A stretch of DNA of 64,000 nucleotides from Candidatus Kerfeldbacteria bacterium CG15_BIG_FIL_POST_REV_8_21_14_020_45_12 (GTDB lineage Bacteria; Patescibacteriota; Patescibacteriia; UBA9570; XYC2-FULL-38-9), in the NCBI GenBank assembly GCA_002781785.1, contig PFGC01000050.1, positions 6,304-70,303 of the forward strand. Direction: 5' to 3'. The translations under genes and the position numbers were made by a program. The notes beneath the pieces were generated by a model that saw nothing but the letters and a program-made list of their open reading frames with translations, did not search any database and was not told the origin of the DNA. Below, piece by piece: positions 28,221 to 38,162 of the stretch (position 1 is the first letter of the stretch; the number at the start of each line of letters is the position of its first letter).

Positions 28221-29579
28221 ATGGCAAAAAGTGATTTAGCTCAGGCCATCGAGCAGCTTTGCGAAGAAAAGAACATCCCTTATGAGGCGGTGATTGATTC
28301 TATTGAAGCAGCGCTCGCTGTCGCCTATCGTAAGGAGTCTGGAAATAAAATGCTTAACGTCCGAGCCGAGTTTAATCCGGACGACGGCGCTTCCCAGTTT
28401 TTTGATGTTAAGACTGTGACCGAGGATCCTTCTGAGGAAGAGCTCGAAGCTGTTGCGGCTGCTGAGGCAGAAGAGCAAAAAATTAGAGAGGAACGACGAG
28501 TTGGTCGTGATGACCGGCGTGGTTCAAGACATGATGAACCAAGAGAAGGAGAAGAAGAGGAAGAAAAACGTTTCAATCCAAAGACTGACCTTGGCATTAC
28601 CCAAGCCAAGGAGTTGAAAGCGGACGCTGAAGTTGGTGATGAAATGATTACAGAGCTCCCGTTGCTCGATGACTTTGGTCGAGTTGCCGCCCAGACGGCC
28701 AAGCAGGTAATTATTCAGAAGCTGCGTGAAGCCGAGCGACAAACCTTGTATGATGTTTATAAGGACCGAGTTGGTGAGATCGTTAACGCTACAGTTCATC
28801 GCGTAGAGGGACCAATGGTTTACATGGATCTTGGTCAGGCTACCGCCATGATGCCACCGGCTCAGCGTATCCGTACTGAAAATTATTCTATTGGCGCCCG
28901 CTTTAAAGTTTTACTACTATCCGTTGAGCAGGGTCGGCGTGGTCCCGAGATCATCGCTAGTCGGTCTGCCGCTGAAATGGTCGAGAAGCTATTTGAGACC
29001 GAGGTGCCTGAAATCGGTGGCGGTTCAATTGAAATAAAAGGAGTAGCTCGTGAGGCTGGTTCCCGAACCAAAATTGCCGTATTAAGTTTAGCTGACAACA
29101 TTGACCCGATTGGTTCTTGTGTTGGTCAGCGTGGAGCTCGTGTTCAGACAGTAATGAATGAACTTGGTGGTGAGAAGATCGATATCATTGAGTACAACGA
29201 AGAGCCGGTGAATTATATTGTTAACGCCCTGTCTCCAGCTAAGGTAATTTCTGTTCAACTAGATGAAGAGGAGCGTGTTGCTAAAGCCTTCGTCGCCGAA
29301 GATCAGCTCTCATTGGCAATTGGTAAAGGTGGTCAAAATGTACGCCTGGCCGCTAAGTTAACTGGTTGGAAGATTGATGTTGTAAATGAGTCTGGCGAGG
29401 ATAATGGTCCTGTCGAAAAAACTGACGACAGCGAAGAAGTGACTGATGAAATAGCTACTGAAGCATCTGACGAAACAGTTGTAGAGGTGGTTGACGAAAC
29501 AGTTACCGGTGAAGAGTTAGCCGCCGACAGCGAGGAGACTCCTGCTGTAGAAGAGGCTGCTTCAGAAGATACAAAATAG
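28221..29579 (+). CDS. nusA: transcription termination/antitermination factor NusA
   Basis: 452 aa; S1 and tandem KH domains; acidic insertion in the N-terminal region and an acidic C-terminal tail. Confidence 0.9.
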   Translation: MAKSDLAQAIEQLCEEKNIPYEAVIDSIEAALAVAYRKESGNKMLNVRAEFNPDDGASQFFDVKTVTEDPSEEELEAVAAAEAEEQKIREERRVGRDDRRGSRHDEPREGEEEEEKRFNPKTDLGITQAKELKADAEVGDEMITELPLLDDFGRVAAQTAKQVIIQKLREAERQTLYDVYKDRVGEIVNATVHRVEGPMVYMDLGQATAMMPPAQRIRTENYSIGARFKVLLLSVEQGRRGPEIIASRSAAEMVEKLFETEVPEIGGGSIEIKGVAREAGSRTKIAVLSLADNIDPIGSCVGQRGARVQTVMNELGGEKIDIIEYNEEPVNYIVNALSPAKVISVQLDEEERVAKAFVAEDQLSLAIGKGGQNVRLAAKLTGWKIDVVNESGEDNGPVEKTDDSEEVTDEIATEASDETVVEVVDETVTGEELAADSEETPAVEEAASEDTK

Positions 29580-29598
29580 GAAGAGTAATACAAATATT

Positions 29599-30138
29599 AT
29601 GGCAACCAATCTTTGGCACGATGTTCCACTGGGCGATAATGTTCCAGAAACCTTTAACACCATCATTGAAATTCCTCGTGGATCCGCAAACAAATACGAG
29701 GTAGACAAGGAGACCGGTCTTATCAAGTTAGACCGTGTTCTGTTCAGCTCACAGTATTATCCATTCGATTATGGATTTGCGCCACAAACCTACTGGCACG
29801 ATAACGATCCACTAGACGTCATGGTGCTGTCCACCTTCCCGCTAGTACCAGGACTCTTGCTCGAGGTTCGTCCTATTGGTGTCTTGGGTATGATTGACGG
29901 AGGTGAATCAGACGATAAGATCATCGCGGTTCCATCTGAGGATCCTCGTTATGACCACATTAAAGAAATTGACGATATCGGCGAGCATCGGCTCAAGGAG
30001 ATCGAGAATTTCTTCCAGACCTATAAAATGTTACAGAAGAAAGAGGTAGAAACCACTGGTTTCCGCAATAAGGCAGAGGCACTAAAAACTGTCGAAGAGA
30101 GCGTTAAGCTCTATACTGAAAAATTTTCCAAGGAATAA
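29599..30138 (+). CDS. ppa: inorganic pyrophosphatase
   Basis: 179 aa; YPFDYGFAPQTYWHDNDPLDVMVL family-I PPase signature. Confidence 0.9.
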   Translation: MATNLWHDVPLGDNVPETFNTIIEIPRGSANKYEVDKETGLIKLDRVLFSSQYYPFDYGFAPQTYWHDNDPLDVMVLSTFPLVPGLLLEVRPIGVLGMIDGGESDDKIIAVPSEDPRYDHIKEIDDIGEHRLKEIENFFQTYKMLQKKEVETTGFRNKAEALKTVEESVKLYTEKFSKE

Positions 30139-31452
30139 ATGAAAGTTACTAGCAAACCACTTGAGAACTCACAAGTTGAATTAACCATCGAGGTATCTGT
30201 TGAGGAATTGCAGCCACACATTGATGAAGCTGCTAAGCGAATTAGTAAAGAGGTCGAGATCAAGGGATTTCGTAAAGGCAAAGTTCCCTATGATGTTTTA
30301 GCCAAGCACGTTGGCGAGGCCACAATTTATGAAGAGGCCTTTAACTCTGTTGTTGAGTCTACCTACCCACAGGCCGTAGATGAACAAAAGCTTCAGGTTG
30401 TTGGTCGTGCTGACATTACACCGCACAAAGTAGCTCCAGGCAATCCACTGGTCTACACCGCGACGGTACCTTTAATGCCAGAAATTACCCTGGGTGACTA
30501 TAAAAAACTCAAGGCCAAAAAAGGTTCCAAGCCTCTTGATGAGAAAAAGTTTGAAAAAACTATTACGGACCTTAGGCGAATGCGAGCCACTGAAAAGCTG
30601 GTTAATCGTGAAGCTAAGGATGGCGACAAGGTTATGATCGACTTTGACGTAAAGATTGGTAAAGTTTCAATCGAGGGCGGTCAGGGTACAAACCAAGCGC
30701 TAGCTTTAGGAGAGGGTAGATTTATTCCAGGCTTCGAAGAAAATATTTCTGGAATGAAAAAAGGTGAATCAAAGAATTTCAAGACAACCTTCCCAGCTGA
30801 CTACCACAAGAAAGATCTGCAAGGCAAGGCCGCGGATGTTGATGTTACTCTTAATGAGGTTTACGAAATTGAGTTGCCTGAGATGACAGACGAATGGGCC
30901 AAGGAGTCAAACTTTGAAACCGTCGATGCTCTAAAAAAAGAGTTACGTGAAAATCTAGTCAGAGAACTTGAACAAGAGGTTAATCAAGAATTCGAAACAG
31001 CTGTGATTGATGAAATTCTAGAAAAATCTACAATCGGAACATTGCCTGACCAGCTCGTGGAAGACGAGGCTAAAAAAATGCTTAGCGAACTTAAGCATGA
31101 CATTTCTCAGCAGCAAGGTTTACAGTTTGAAGACTATTTGATTCATATCAAAAAGACCGAAGACGAGTTGTTGGAAGATTTTAAAACCCAGGCGGTGAAA
31201 CGCATTCAAGCCGCGTTAATCTTACGGGAGCTAGCTGTCGCTGAAGACATTAAAGTTGAGGCCAGTGAAATCCAAGCAGAGATTGATGAGATGAAAAAAC
31301 TCTACGGGCAAATTCCAGAGATGGTGCAGCAGATTGAGTCTCCTCAACATCGTACCAGACTGGAAAATCAAAAAATCCACGAAAAATTATTTGCTAAGCT
31401 AGCTGAATACTCAGTTGGTAAAGTTGAAAAAAAGAGCGATAAGGCAAACTAG
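30139..31452 (+). CDS. tig: trigger factor
   Basis: 437 aa; N-terminal ribosome-binding GFRKGKVP motif and an FKBP-like PPIase domain. Confidence 0.9.
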   Translation: MKVTSKPLENSQVELTIEVSVEELQPHIDEAAKRISKEVEIKGFRKGKVPYDVLAKHVGEATIYEEAFNSVVESTYPQAVDEQKLQVVGRADITPHKVAPGNPLVYTATVPLMPEITLGDYKKLKAKKGSKPLDEKKFEKTITDLRRMRATEKLVNREAKDGDKVMIDFDVKIGKVSIEGGQGTNQALALGEGRFIPGFEENISGMKKGESKNFKTTFPADYHKKDLQGKAADVDVTLNEVYEIELPEMTDEWAKESNFETVDALKKELRENLVRELEQEVNQEFETAVIDEILEKSTIGTLPDQLVEDEAKKMLSELKHDISQQQGLQFEDYLIHIKKTEDELLEDFKTQAVKRIQAALILRELAVAEDIKVEASEIQAEIDEMKKLYGQIPEMVQQIESPQHRTRLENQKIHEKLFAKLAEYSVGKVEKKSDKAN

Positions 31453-31672
31453 GTCAAAATAAAAAGAAGCGGCAGATAGCCGCTTCTTTTTATTGGTGAC
31501 AATAACCCAACATAAAAAATCAAAAAACTCTAGTATTATTACACAATTCATACATCATAATCACGTCGTCCACATTTCGGATTGACCCAAGCCCTCTCTG
31601 TAGTAGACTGTCTCCCAAGTTAGCGCTGACCCGTTCATTCACAACCGAGCTATCAATCAATAACTTGATTAC

Positions 31673-32161
31673 ATGTCGTTATCAAAAATAGTGCGCGTGA
31701 TCGCCATTGGCTTATCCTTTGCGACTAGTGTTAGTTTGCCTCAGGTTGGGCTAGCAGCCAAGGATTCAAGCTACTGTGACTACTCAGCGCCAGTTGATCA
31801 ACCCTACACGGTGTCCGCTCCTTTTTCTCAGAAGCACCAAGCGGTTGACCTGGCTATCGAACTTGGCAGCACTGTTCATTCAGTAGCAGACGGAACTGTT
31901 GTAAAAATTAACCGCCCAAGAAAAGATGAGCAGGAAAGACCTGCCCGCATTGTTATAAAACATAGCGGAGGTAATCGCACTATCTATTCCCAGCTCAGGC
32001 GAGTAGATGTAAAAAAGGGCGATAAAGTTCAGGTTGGCGATTCAATCGGTCTAAGCGGCGGGAGTGGCAAGGGTTCGTTCCGTTCAACTGGCCCTCACCT
32101 TCACTTCGCAGTTAAAAATAGTCACGGTAAAAACGTAAATCCAATTTGCGTTGTCCAATAA
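31673..32161 (+). CDS. M23-family metallopeptidase (secreted)
   Basis: 162 aa; signal peptide; HxxxD...HLHFAV zinc motifs of LytM-type peptidases. Confidence 0.8.
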   Translation: MSLSKIVRVIAIGLSFATSVSLPQVGLAAKDSSYCDYSAPVDQPYTVSAPFSQKHQAVDLAIELGSTVHSVADGTVVKINRPRKDEQERPARIVIKHSGGNRTIYSQLRRVDVKKGDKVQVGDSIGLSGGSGKGSFRSTGPHLHFAVKNSHGKNVNPICVVQ

Positions 32162-32333
32162 ATTAAAAAAGAGACCCCGTTCAGGGGGTCTCTTTTTTAA
32201 CACGTCTATTACTTATAGATTTAGGCCCAAAGATGGCAATTAGAGATTTCAGAATGAGATCGAATTGACCTTGGTTGTTTCCAATCCCCGTTGGCTATTC
32301 TATACTACATAGGTAAACAAGTTATCTTCATAT

Positions 32334-33179
32334 ATGCAAAAAATCGGAGCGCACGTATCAGCGGCTGGCGGAGCACAAAACGCCCCACTTAATGCCAAGC
32401 TAGAAAAGTGTGAGACCTTTCAGTTCTTCGTTAGTAGCCCGCGCACTTTTCAATTTAAGCAACCTACTACTGAGCAGATAGCTGAATTCAAAGCTAACTG
32501 TGAGGCCGGCGGCTTTACCGACACCTATGTTCATGCGTCATATCTCATTAATCTAGCCTCAACTAACAACAAGACCAGACATGGCTCTATCAGCTTACTG
32601 AGGAAGGGTCTAGATGCCTGCGCTCTGCTGGGTGTTACTGGTATGATGTTTCATACCGGTTCGGCTAAGGATTACGAAAATAAAGCTGACGGCATCAAGC
32701 AAGCAGCCGCCTCAATCAATAAAGTTCTAGATGGTTACAAGGGCAAGACAAAATTATTAATTGAAAATGCGGCTGGCGCGGGCAGTACCATTGGTATGAA
32801 CTTTACGGAAGTTGGCGAGCTAATGAAGTTGGTAGATAAAAAATATACCAAACACCTAGGTGTTTGCTTAGACACTCAACACTCCTTTGCTAGCGGGTAC
32901 GATTGGCGCACAAAGGCAGGCACTGATGCCGCCGTTAAGGAATTTGATAAGAAGATTGGCTTAGATAACTTAGTGGTAATTCAGTACAACGATTCTAAAA
33001 CAGAGTGCGGTAGCAATAAAGACAGGCACGAGCACATCGCCGACGGCAATATGGGCCTTCAGGCGGCTAAAAATATACTTGGACACCCTAAGCTTAAGAA
33101 CTATTCGTTTTGCCTAGAGACAGAGCCGGAGGGGCGTGCCAAGGATATCAAAACTCTAAAAACTATTCGTCAAAAATAA
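32334..33179 (+). CDS. nfo: endonuclease IV (AP endonuclease family 2)
   Basis: 281 aa; Nfo-like TIM barrel, conserved His/Asp/Glu metal ligands. Confidence 0.85.
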   Translation: MQKIGAHVSAAGGAQNAPLNAKLEKCETFQFFVSSPRTFQFKQPTTEQIAEFKANCEAGGFTDTYVHASYLINLASTNNKTRHGSISLLRKGLDACALLGVTGMMFHTGSAKDYENKADGIKQAAASINKVLDGYKGKTKLLIENAAGAGSTIGMNFTEVGELMKLVDKKYTKHLGVCLDTQHSFASGYDWRTKAGTDAAVKEFDKKIGLDNLVVIQYNDSKTECGSNKDRHEHIADGNMGLQAAKNILGHPKLKNYSFCLETEPEGRAKDIKTLKTIRQK

Positions 33180-33940
33180 TGAAACTAACCTTACTAGGCA
33201 CTGGAGATTTTCGCCCATATAGACCACTCGGTTCTGCTGGTTACACACTGACAAATGGTGACGATATGTTGCAGTTAGATTTTGGTCGTGGGAACTTGGT
33301 TAATATGGCAAAGTCTGGAATAGACTGGACGGTCCTTCACGCTGTCTGCATATCACACGTGCATCCAGATCATATCTCAGATCTGTTTCAATTTCTCCAA
33401 GCTTGGACAGTCACTAATGCTTGGAAGGAGATTGATAGCGAATTGGTTATCTATGGACCGCGGGGATTTTCAGCATTCTTTGAGCATTACCGCACGGTGC
33501 TAGTCACAACTTGGGATAAGCTACCGCAAATTGTTGAAATTTACGATGACACCTTTACTGTCCAGGGGTTTACTGTGACCACCAAATCCATGCAACATAG
33601 CACTGATTGTAACGGCTATCGGGTGGAGGCAGGCGGCAAGGTCTTGTGCTACACTGGAGACACCGAGATTAATTCCAACCTCCTAGAACTGGCTCAAGGA
33701 GCAGACGTTTTGCTTACTGAGTGCTCTGGAAAAAATGCCGACGAACTGCTTGCCAACCAGTATGGTCATTTGCGGCCCACGGATATTGCTGCCATTGCTA
33801 ACCAGTCAGGTGTTAAAAAGGTGGTTGTCACACACTATCCTGACGATCCAGCAGAACGAGAACTTCGCATCGCTGAAATCGCCAAGGAATACAAAGGGCA
33901 GATCATTCGCGGAGAAGACTTACTAGAAATAGATTTTTAA
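33179..33940 (+). CDS. MBL-fold metallo-hydrolase
   Basis: HVHPDHISD (HxHxDH) motif. I chose the start at the internal Met (MKLTLLGTGD), which overlaps the nfo stop (TAATG). The track ORF begins at 33110. Confidence 0.7.
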   Translation: MKLTLLGTGDFRPYRPLGSAGYTLTNGDDMLQLDFGRGNLVNMAKSGIDWTVLHAVCISHVHPDHISDLFQFLQAWTVTNAWKEIDSELVIYGPRGFSAFFEHYRTVLVTTWDKLPQIVEIYDDTFTVQGFTVTTKSMQHSTDCNGYRVEAGGKVLCYTGDTEINSNLLELAQGADVLLTECSGKNADELLANQYGHLRPTDIAAIANQSGVKKVVVTHYPDDPAERELRIAEIAKEYKGQIIRGEDLLEIDF

Positions 33941-33943
33941 ATT

Positions 33944-34756
33944 ATGCCGAACCCAAGGCCAGAGCTGCCTCCTTTCAAAGAGTTTGCCATCGGACTTAGC
34001 ATGCGCTCGGGTACTATTTTGATGAGAAACTTTCATGATCGTCATCGGATCAATCCATCAAAAAAGTCTCGTTATGAATTAGTCACAAAAAGTGATACTG
34101 AGGTGGATAAATTTGTGCGTTTCAAAATCCGTCAACAATTTCCGACCCATAATTTTATTAGCGAAGAAGGCAAGGCCATCAATAATGGTTCTGAGTACAC
34201 CTGGGTTTGCGACCCGCTAGACGGAACTCTCAACTACACTATTGGTAATCCATTTTTTTCAACATCATTAACCTTATTGAAGAACGACGAGCCCATCATT
34301 GGAGTTACCTACGCGCCGTATACTCAGGAAATGTTTGTCGCCGAGCGCGGACGTTTTTTCCGCCTCAATGAGCGTAATATGAAGGTATCAAAAATAGGTA
34401 CCATTCAAAAAAGTGTCATCGCTTTTGCGTACTTTGAACGTAATAAAAAATCGCGCGAAAAACTCCTCAAAGTTTGGAGTAAGTTTGAAGAACGCGCACA
34501 GACTATGCGTCATTTTGGTTGCACCTCACTTGAGCTAGCTTATGTGGCTTGCGGGCGGATGGAGGCTCAAATTATCTCCCCGCCCTTGCGTTTGTGGGAT
34601 GTAGCAGCTGGACGCCTAATGATAGAAGTGGCTGGGGGTAAGGTAACAAATTTCTCTGGAAAAAAATGGGAAGGATTGGAGGAAGGGTTAGTTTGCAGTA
34701 ATGGCCTAATCCATAAGCAGGTACTAGATATTCTCAAAAGCAATAGACTAACCTAG
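33944..34756 (+). CDS. inositol monophosphatase-family protein
   Basis: 270 aa; WVCDPLDGT and the other IMPase motifs. Confidence 0.8.
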   Translation: MPNPRPELPPFKEFAIGLSMRSGTILMRNFHDRHRINPSKKSRYELVTKSDTEVDKFVRFKIRQQFPTHNFISEEGKAINNGSEYTWVCDPLDGTLNYTIGNPFFSTSLTLLKNDEPIIGVTYAPYTQEMFVAERGRFFRLNERNMKVSKIGTIQKSVIAFAYFERNKKSREKLLKVWSKFEERAQTMRHFGCTSLELAYVACGRMEAQIISPPLRLWDVAAGRLMIEVAGGKVTNFSGKKWEGLEEGLVCSNGLIHKQVLDILKSNRLT

Positions 34757-34813
34757 ACAGCAAAACACACGTCAACCAGACGTGTGTTTTATAATAATTC
34801 AGCCTTTCATACT

Positions 34814-34899
34814 TGGTGCCGGAGGTGGGACTCGAACCCACGAGGTCAATGACCGGGAGATTTTAAGTCTCCTGTGTATACCAATTCCACCACTCCGGC
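34814..34899 (-). tRNA. tRNA-Leu (anticodon TAA)
   Basis: Acceptor GCCGGAG/CTCCGGC, anticodon loop CTTAAAA, long variable arm, T arm GTGGG-TTCGAGT-CCCAC, encoded CCA. Confidence 0.85.
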
Positions 34900-35014
34900 A
34901 TGATATAGACAAATATCATGCTCGCCCGATGCCCACTAGCCACTTCTTGTGATATTTCACTAGCGGCCAATAATAGCCAATGTAAGGTACGTGAAGATTC
35001 CTAAAAATGCAACT

Positions 35015-36094
35015 CTAATTATGGGGAATACGAGACGGTATGTATTGAGTATCAGCTGGATCATCCATTGGCCAGGTAGTGTACTCAATACTAAATTCTA
35101 GTGCATTTTTGCTATTATGTCGCGTTAGCCACAGATAGTATTGCTTATTTACCTCCACTACAAAAGGGTCAAAGAAGTCGTCTCGGTCATCTTGCACTAG
35201 GGGATTTTGCTCATCTTCAACCCAAGCCTTTCCGTCTGCGCTATAGGCGCGTCCTAATTGTGACCTGCCCTGGCTGGTTTCGCCAGAAAACCACATTTCG
35301 TAACCAGTTCCGTTATTGTACGATATAATAGATGGGCCACTCACCCTAACGGAGTCCCAGGCCTTCTTCTTAGACTGCAACACCGGAACGCCTTGTGGTC
35401 GCCTCCAGTCTTTTCCGTTTGTGCTTTCAGCATAACCGATGGCAGAGATGCCAGCACGTGATCCATCAGTGTTAGCAGGATATCCGGTGTACCACATTTT
35501 GTAGGAATTTCCCTCCTTAATAACAAAAGGTTCCGAGACAGAGTGGGTGTCCCAACTTCCTGCGGAATCAAAGGTTACCACAGGGTTGCCAGAGTGCTTT
35601 GACCATTTAATACCATCTGTACTTTCTGCGTATCCTATTTGCATCCGCTTTGGCTCAGCATATTCTTCTGCGGCATACCACATTTTATATAGATTTCCAT
35701 CATGTATTACCGAAACTGCTCTAAAGCCACCGTCTTCCCAAGACAAAGATTGATTCAATGTTGGGTCAATCAGCCGTCCTTCTAAAACCGGTGAGGCACT
35801 GCTTACTGACCAAGTTACTCCGTCTGGACTTTCTGCATAGCCAATACCAGCGCGTTCAAATACTCCGTTTCCGACGTACCACATTTTATATAGTCCCGCG
35901 TTACTGTCGTAGAGTACTGACGGACTAGTAACCTTTTTGGCGTCCCAGTTTGGCCCTGGATTTGGCTGGAGGATAATATAACTAGCTTGATCGTGCTTAG
36001 AAAAGCCAGCCAGACCAAAGGGGTTATAAACAATAATCAGTCCAAGTATAACCATGACTACCAGGATCGCTAGAATTGTTTGGAGCTGTCGCAT
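35015..36094 (-). CDS. membrane-anchored beta-propeller glycoside-hydrolase-like protein (GH43/GH130 superfamily-like)
   Basis: 359 aa; N-terminal TM helix; four or more repeats of hhMWY.G.......IGYAES.DG..W, typical of the 5-bladed propeller hydrolase/phosphorylase fold. Confidence 0.45.
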   Translation of the reverse strand: MRQLQTILAILVVMVILGLIIVYNPFGLAGFSKHDQASYIILQPNPGPNWDAKKVTSPSVLYDSNAGLYKMWYVGNGVFERAGIGYAESPDGVTWSVSSASPVLEGRLIDPTLNQSLSWEDGGFRAVSVIHDGNLYKMWYAAEEYAEPKRMQIGYAESTDGIKWSKHSGNPVVTFDSAGSWDTHSVSEPFVIKEGNSYKMWYTGYPANTDGSRAGISAIGYAESTNGKDWRRPQGVPVLQSKKKAWDSVRVSGPSIISYNNGTGYEMWFSGETSQGRSQLGRAYSADGKAWVEDEQNPLVQDDRDDFFDPFVVEVNKQYYLWLTRHNSKNALEFSIEYTTWPMDDPADTQYIPSRIPHN

Positions 36095-36360
36095 GCCTGC
36101 AGTATATCACGAGAATCAAAGCAGGCCAGTAGATGGCCCTGAGATCATGTTAGGCATTGCTCGCTGGATGTAGGAGACGTATACTAGAAAGATATAAGGG
36201 CATAATCGCTTCATATGGGACAACACACCAGATTTCTATTTATACTCCTGGCTGCCATTGTGGCCTCTGTTTTAGTTTGGATTCTCTGGGCTGCAGCTGC
36301 ACGCTAATATTATTTGGTAAATAAAAAGCCCGCCGGTATGGCGGGCTTTTAAAATCGGGC

Positions 36361-37455
36361 TTATTCGACAATTACCGTTCCGGTCATTCCTGGATGGATG
36401 GCGCAATGGTATGTGTATGTACCCGCCTCAGTAAAGGTCACCGAGTAAGTATCATTTTTACTTAGAGTGCCACTACTTTCAAATGAGTCGTCGTCGCTAG
36501 TTACTGTGTGGGACATGTCGTCTTTATTTTCCCAAGCGATTGAGCCACCAACCGAAATTGTCACTGTTTGATCGTCGAAAGCAGAGTCTTGGATTTTAAC
36601 GTTCTCTACCTCGTTATTGTTATTATCCTCGCTATCCTCACTGTCATCATGGTCATCAATTTCATCTGTGGTACCGTCATTGTCGTGATCCCACTCCTGG
36701 CCGTCCTCCTCTTTTTTGTCTTTTACACCGTCATCATCGTCATCCTTGTCATGTTTGTCCATCTTACCGTCATTGTCGTGATCCCACTCCTGGCCTTCTA
36801 CTTCATCCTTATCATCTACACCGTCATTATCATCATCGTCATCATGCTTATCGGCAGTCTCGTCGTTATCATGGTCATGCAACGCACTGCAAGATCCTTC
36901 AGCCCAATCTTTTAAGCTGTCGTTATCATCGTCCATGTCGGGACGATCTTTTTTAGCATCATTATCATGATTTCTACGTTCCGCCTTATCTTCTTCTGAG
37001 TCACGAGTTCGGTCGTTATCATCGTCCAGGTCTGGACCATCTTTTAACTTATCATTATCATGATTGCCGCGATATACTCCTTTTTCAATAGCATCTGGAA
37101 TGCCGTCTCGATCTTCGTCGGTTTCAAGGTCAGTTAGGCGATTATCTTTTTCTGAGCCCTCTACGGCGTCATCATCCTTATCATCATCAACGCCATCGTT
37201 GTCATTATCAAGTCGATATTCCCCCTTTTCAACACAATCTGGAAAACCGTCGGCGTCATCGTCGACATCCTCGTTATCATTTAGACCATCATTGTCATGG
37301 TCATTCGGCATCTCATCTGCCGAGTCTACTATGCCGTCTTTGTCTGTATCTTTTGATGATTCAGCAGTCACAGTAGTAGCTCCAAGGGCTAGAACTGCGA
37401 TCATGGCTGCGGCCATTAACCAGAGCAGTTGTGTTTTTTGAAACAGATGTGTCAT
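36361..37455 (-). CDS. secreted cupredoxin (plastocyanin-like) protein with acidic TSP3-like Ca-binding repeats
   Basis: 364 aa; signal peptide; ~250 aa of D-rich DxDxDGxxD repeats; C-terminal SHTVTS...TYTYHCAIHPGMTGTVIV carries the His/Cys/His/Met type-1 copper ligand pattern. Confidence 0.6.
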   Translation of the reverse strand: MTHLFQKTQLLWLMAAAMIAVLALGATTVTAESSKDTDKDGIVDSADEMPNDHDNDGLNDNEDVDDDADGFPDCVEKGEYRLDNDNDGVDDDKDDDAVEGSEKDNRLTDLETDEDRDGIPDAIEKGVYRGNHDNDKLKDGPDLDDDNDRTRDSEEDKAERRNHDNDAKKDRPDMDDDNDSLKDWAEGSCSALHDHDNDETADKHDDDDDNDGVDDKDEVEGQEWDHDNDGKMDKHDKDDDDDGVKDKKEEDGQEWDHDNDGTTDEIDDHDDSEDSEDNNNNEVENVKIQDSAFDDQTVTISVGGSIAWENKDDMSHTVTSDDDSFESSGTLSKNDTYSVTFTEAGTYTYHCAIHPGMTGTVIVE

Positions 37456-37583
37456 CTTTTTTGTCTTTACTTTTAAAGCGCTATGCTTTGCATTCTATCA
37501 TATATTCAGCCGTTGTCATAAAGCCTGTTGAACTGTACTTTTGCCGTTTAAACTGAAATACTAATACGTGCAAACGAAGTAAT

Positions 37584-38162
37584 ATGAGCGATACTATTTT
37601 GACATTATTAATAGACCATCAGTTTCCGGCTATTTTTCTAGGCGCCGTTTTTCTTGGTGAAACGATCATCCTGTCTGCCGCCTATCTGGCTGGTCAGGGA
37701 ATGTGGTCAATCACCACAGTGTTTTGGTTAGCAATGCTAGGTACGGTTTTGTCAGACGTGGCCTGGTTTTTATTTGGGCAGTCAATTTTTTCAGCCACCA
37801 AGCGTTGGCGTGAAAAACAATTATCTTCAGAACGACTTTTAAAAAAACTGGAAAGCATCACCGGTAGCCGACCATTTTTAGCTCTGCTCTTTATTAAATT
37901 CCTTTACGGTACGCGCATCCTCACCATAGTTTATTTGTCAGCTAGAAAAATTAGGCCTTGGAAATTTATATTTTTTGATACGCTCGGTACTATTATATGG
38001 TTAGTCGTTATGTTGACGGTTGGCTGGTTGGCGGGGCGTGGTGTCTCGAACATAATTTCCGTCGTTGATAAAACTGAGTATGCGCTACTGGTCCTGGTTG
38101 TTATCATTATTTTGTATAGAGTCATCACTGTATGGACAGAAAAGAGACTCATCAAAAAATAA
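37584..38162 (+). CDS. DedA/TVP38-family membrane protein
   Basis: 192 aa; typical DedA re-entrant helix region. Confidence 0.8.
   Translation: MSDTILTLLIDHQFPAIFLGAVFLGETIILSAAYLAGQGMWSITTVFWLAMLGTVLSDVAWFLFGQSIFSATKRWREKQLSSERLLKKLESITGSRPFLALLFIKFLYGTRILTIVYLSARKIRPWKFIFFDTLGTIIWLVVMLTVGWLAGRGVSNIISVVDKTEYALLVLVVIIILYRVITVWTEKRLIKK

Noticed and set aside
28500-28600. Short minus-strand ORFs (28325..28702, 28524..28799) inside nusA
   Set aside because: They are antisense to the acidic insertion of NusA, where the GAA/GAG-rich sense strand yields S/F-rich antisense frames.
36568-36915. 115-aa hydrophobic plus-strand ORF
   Set aside because: It is antisense to the poly-Asp repeat region. 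GAT/GAC codons read in reverse give runs of I/V, so it is a compositional artefact.
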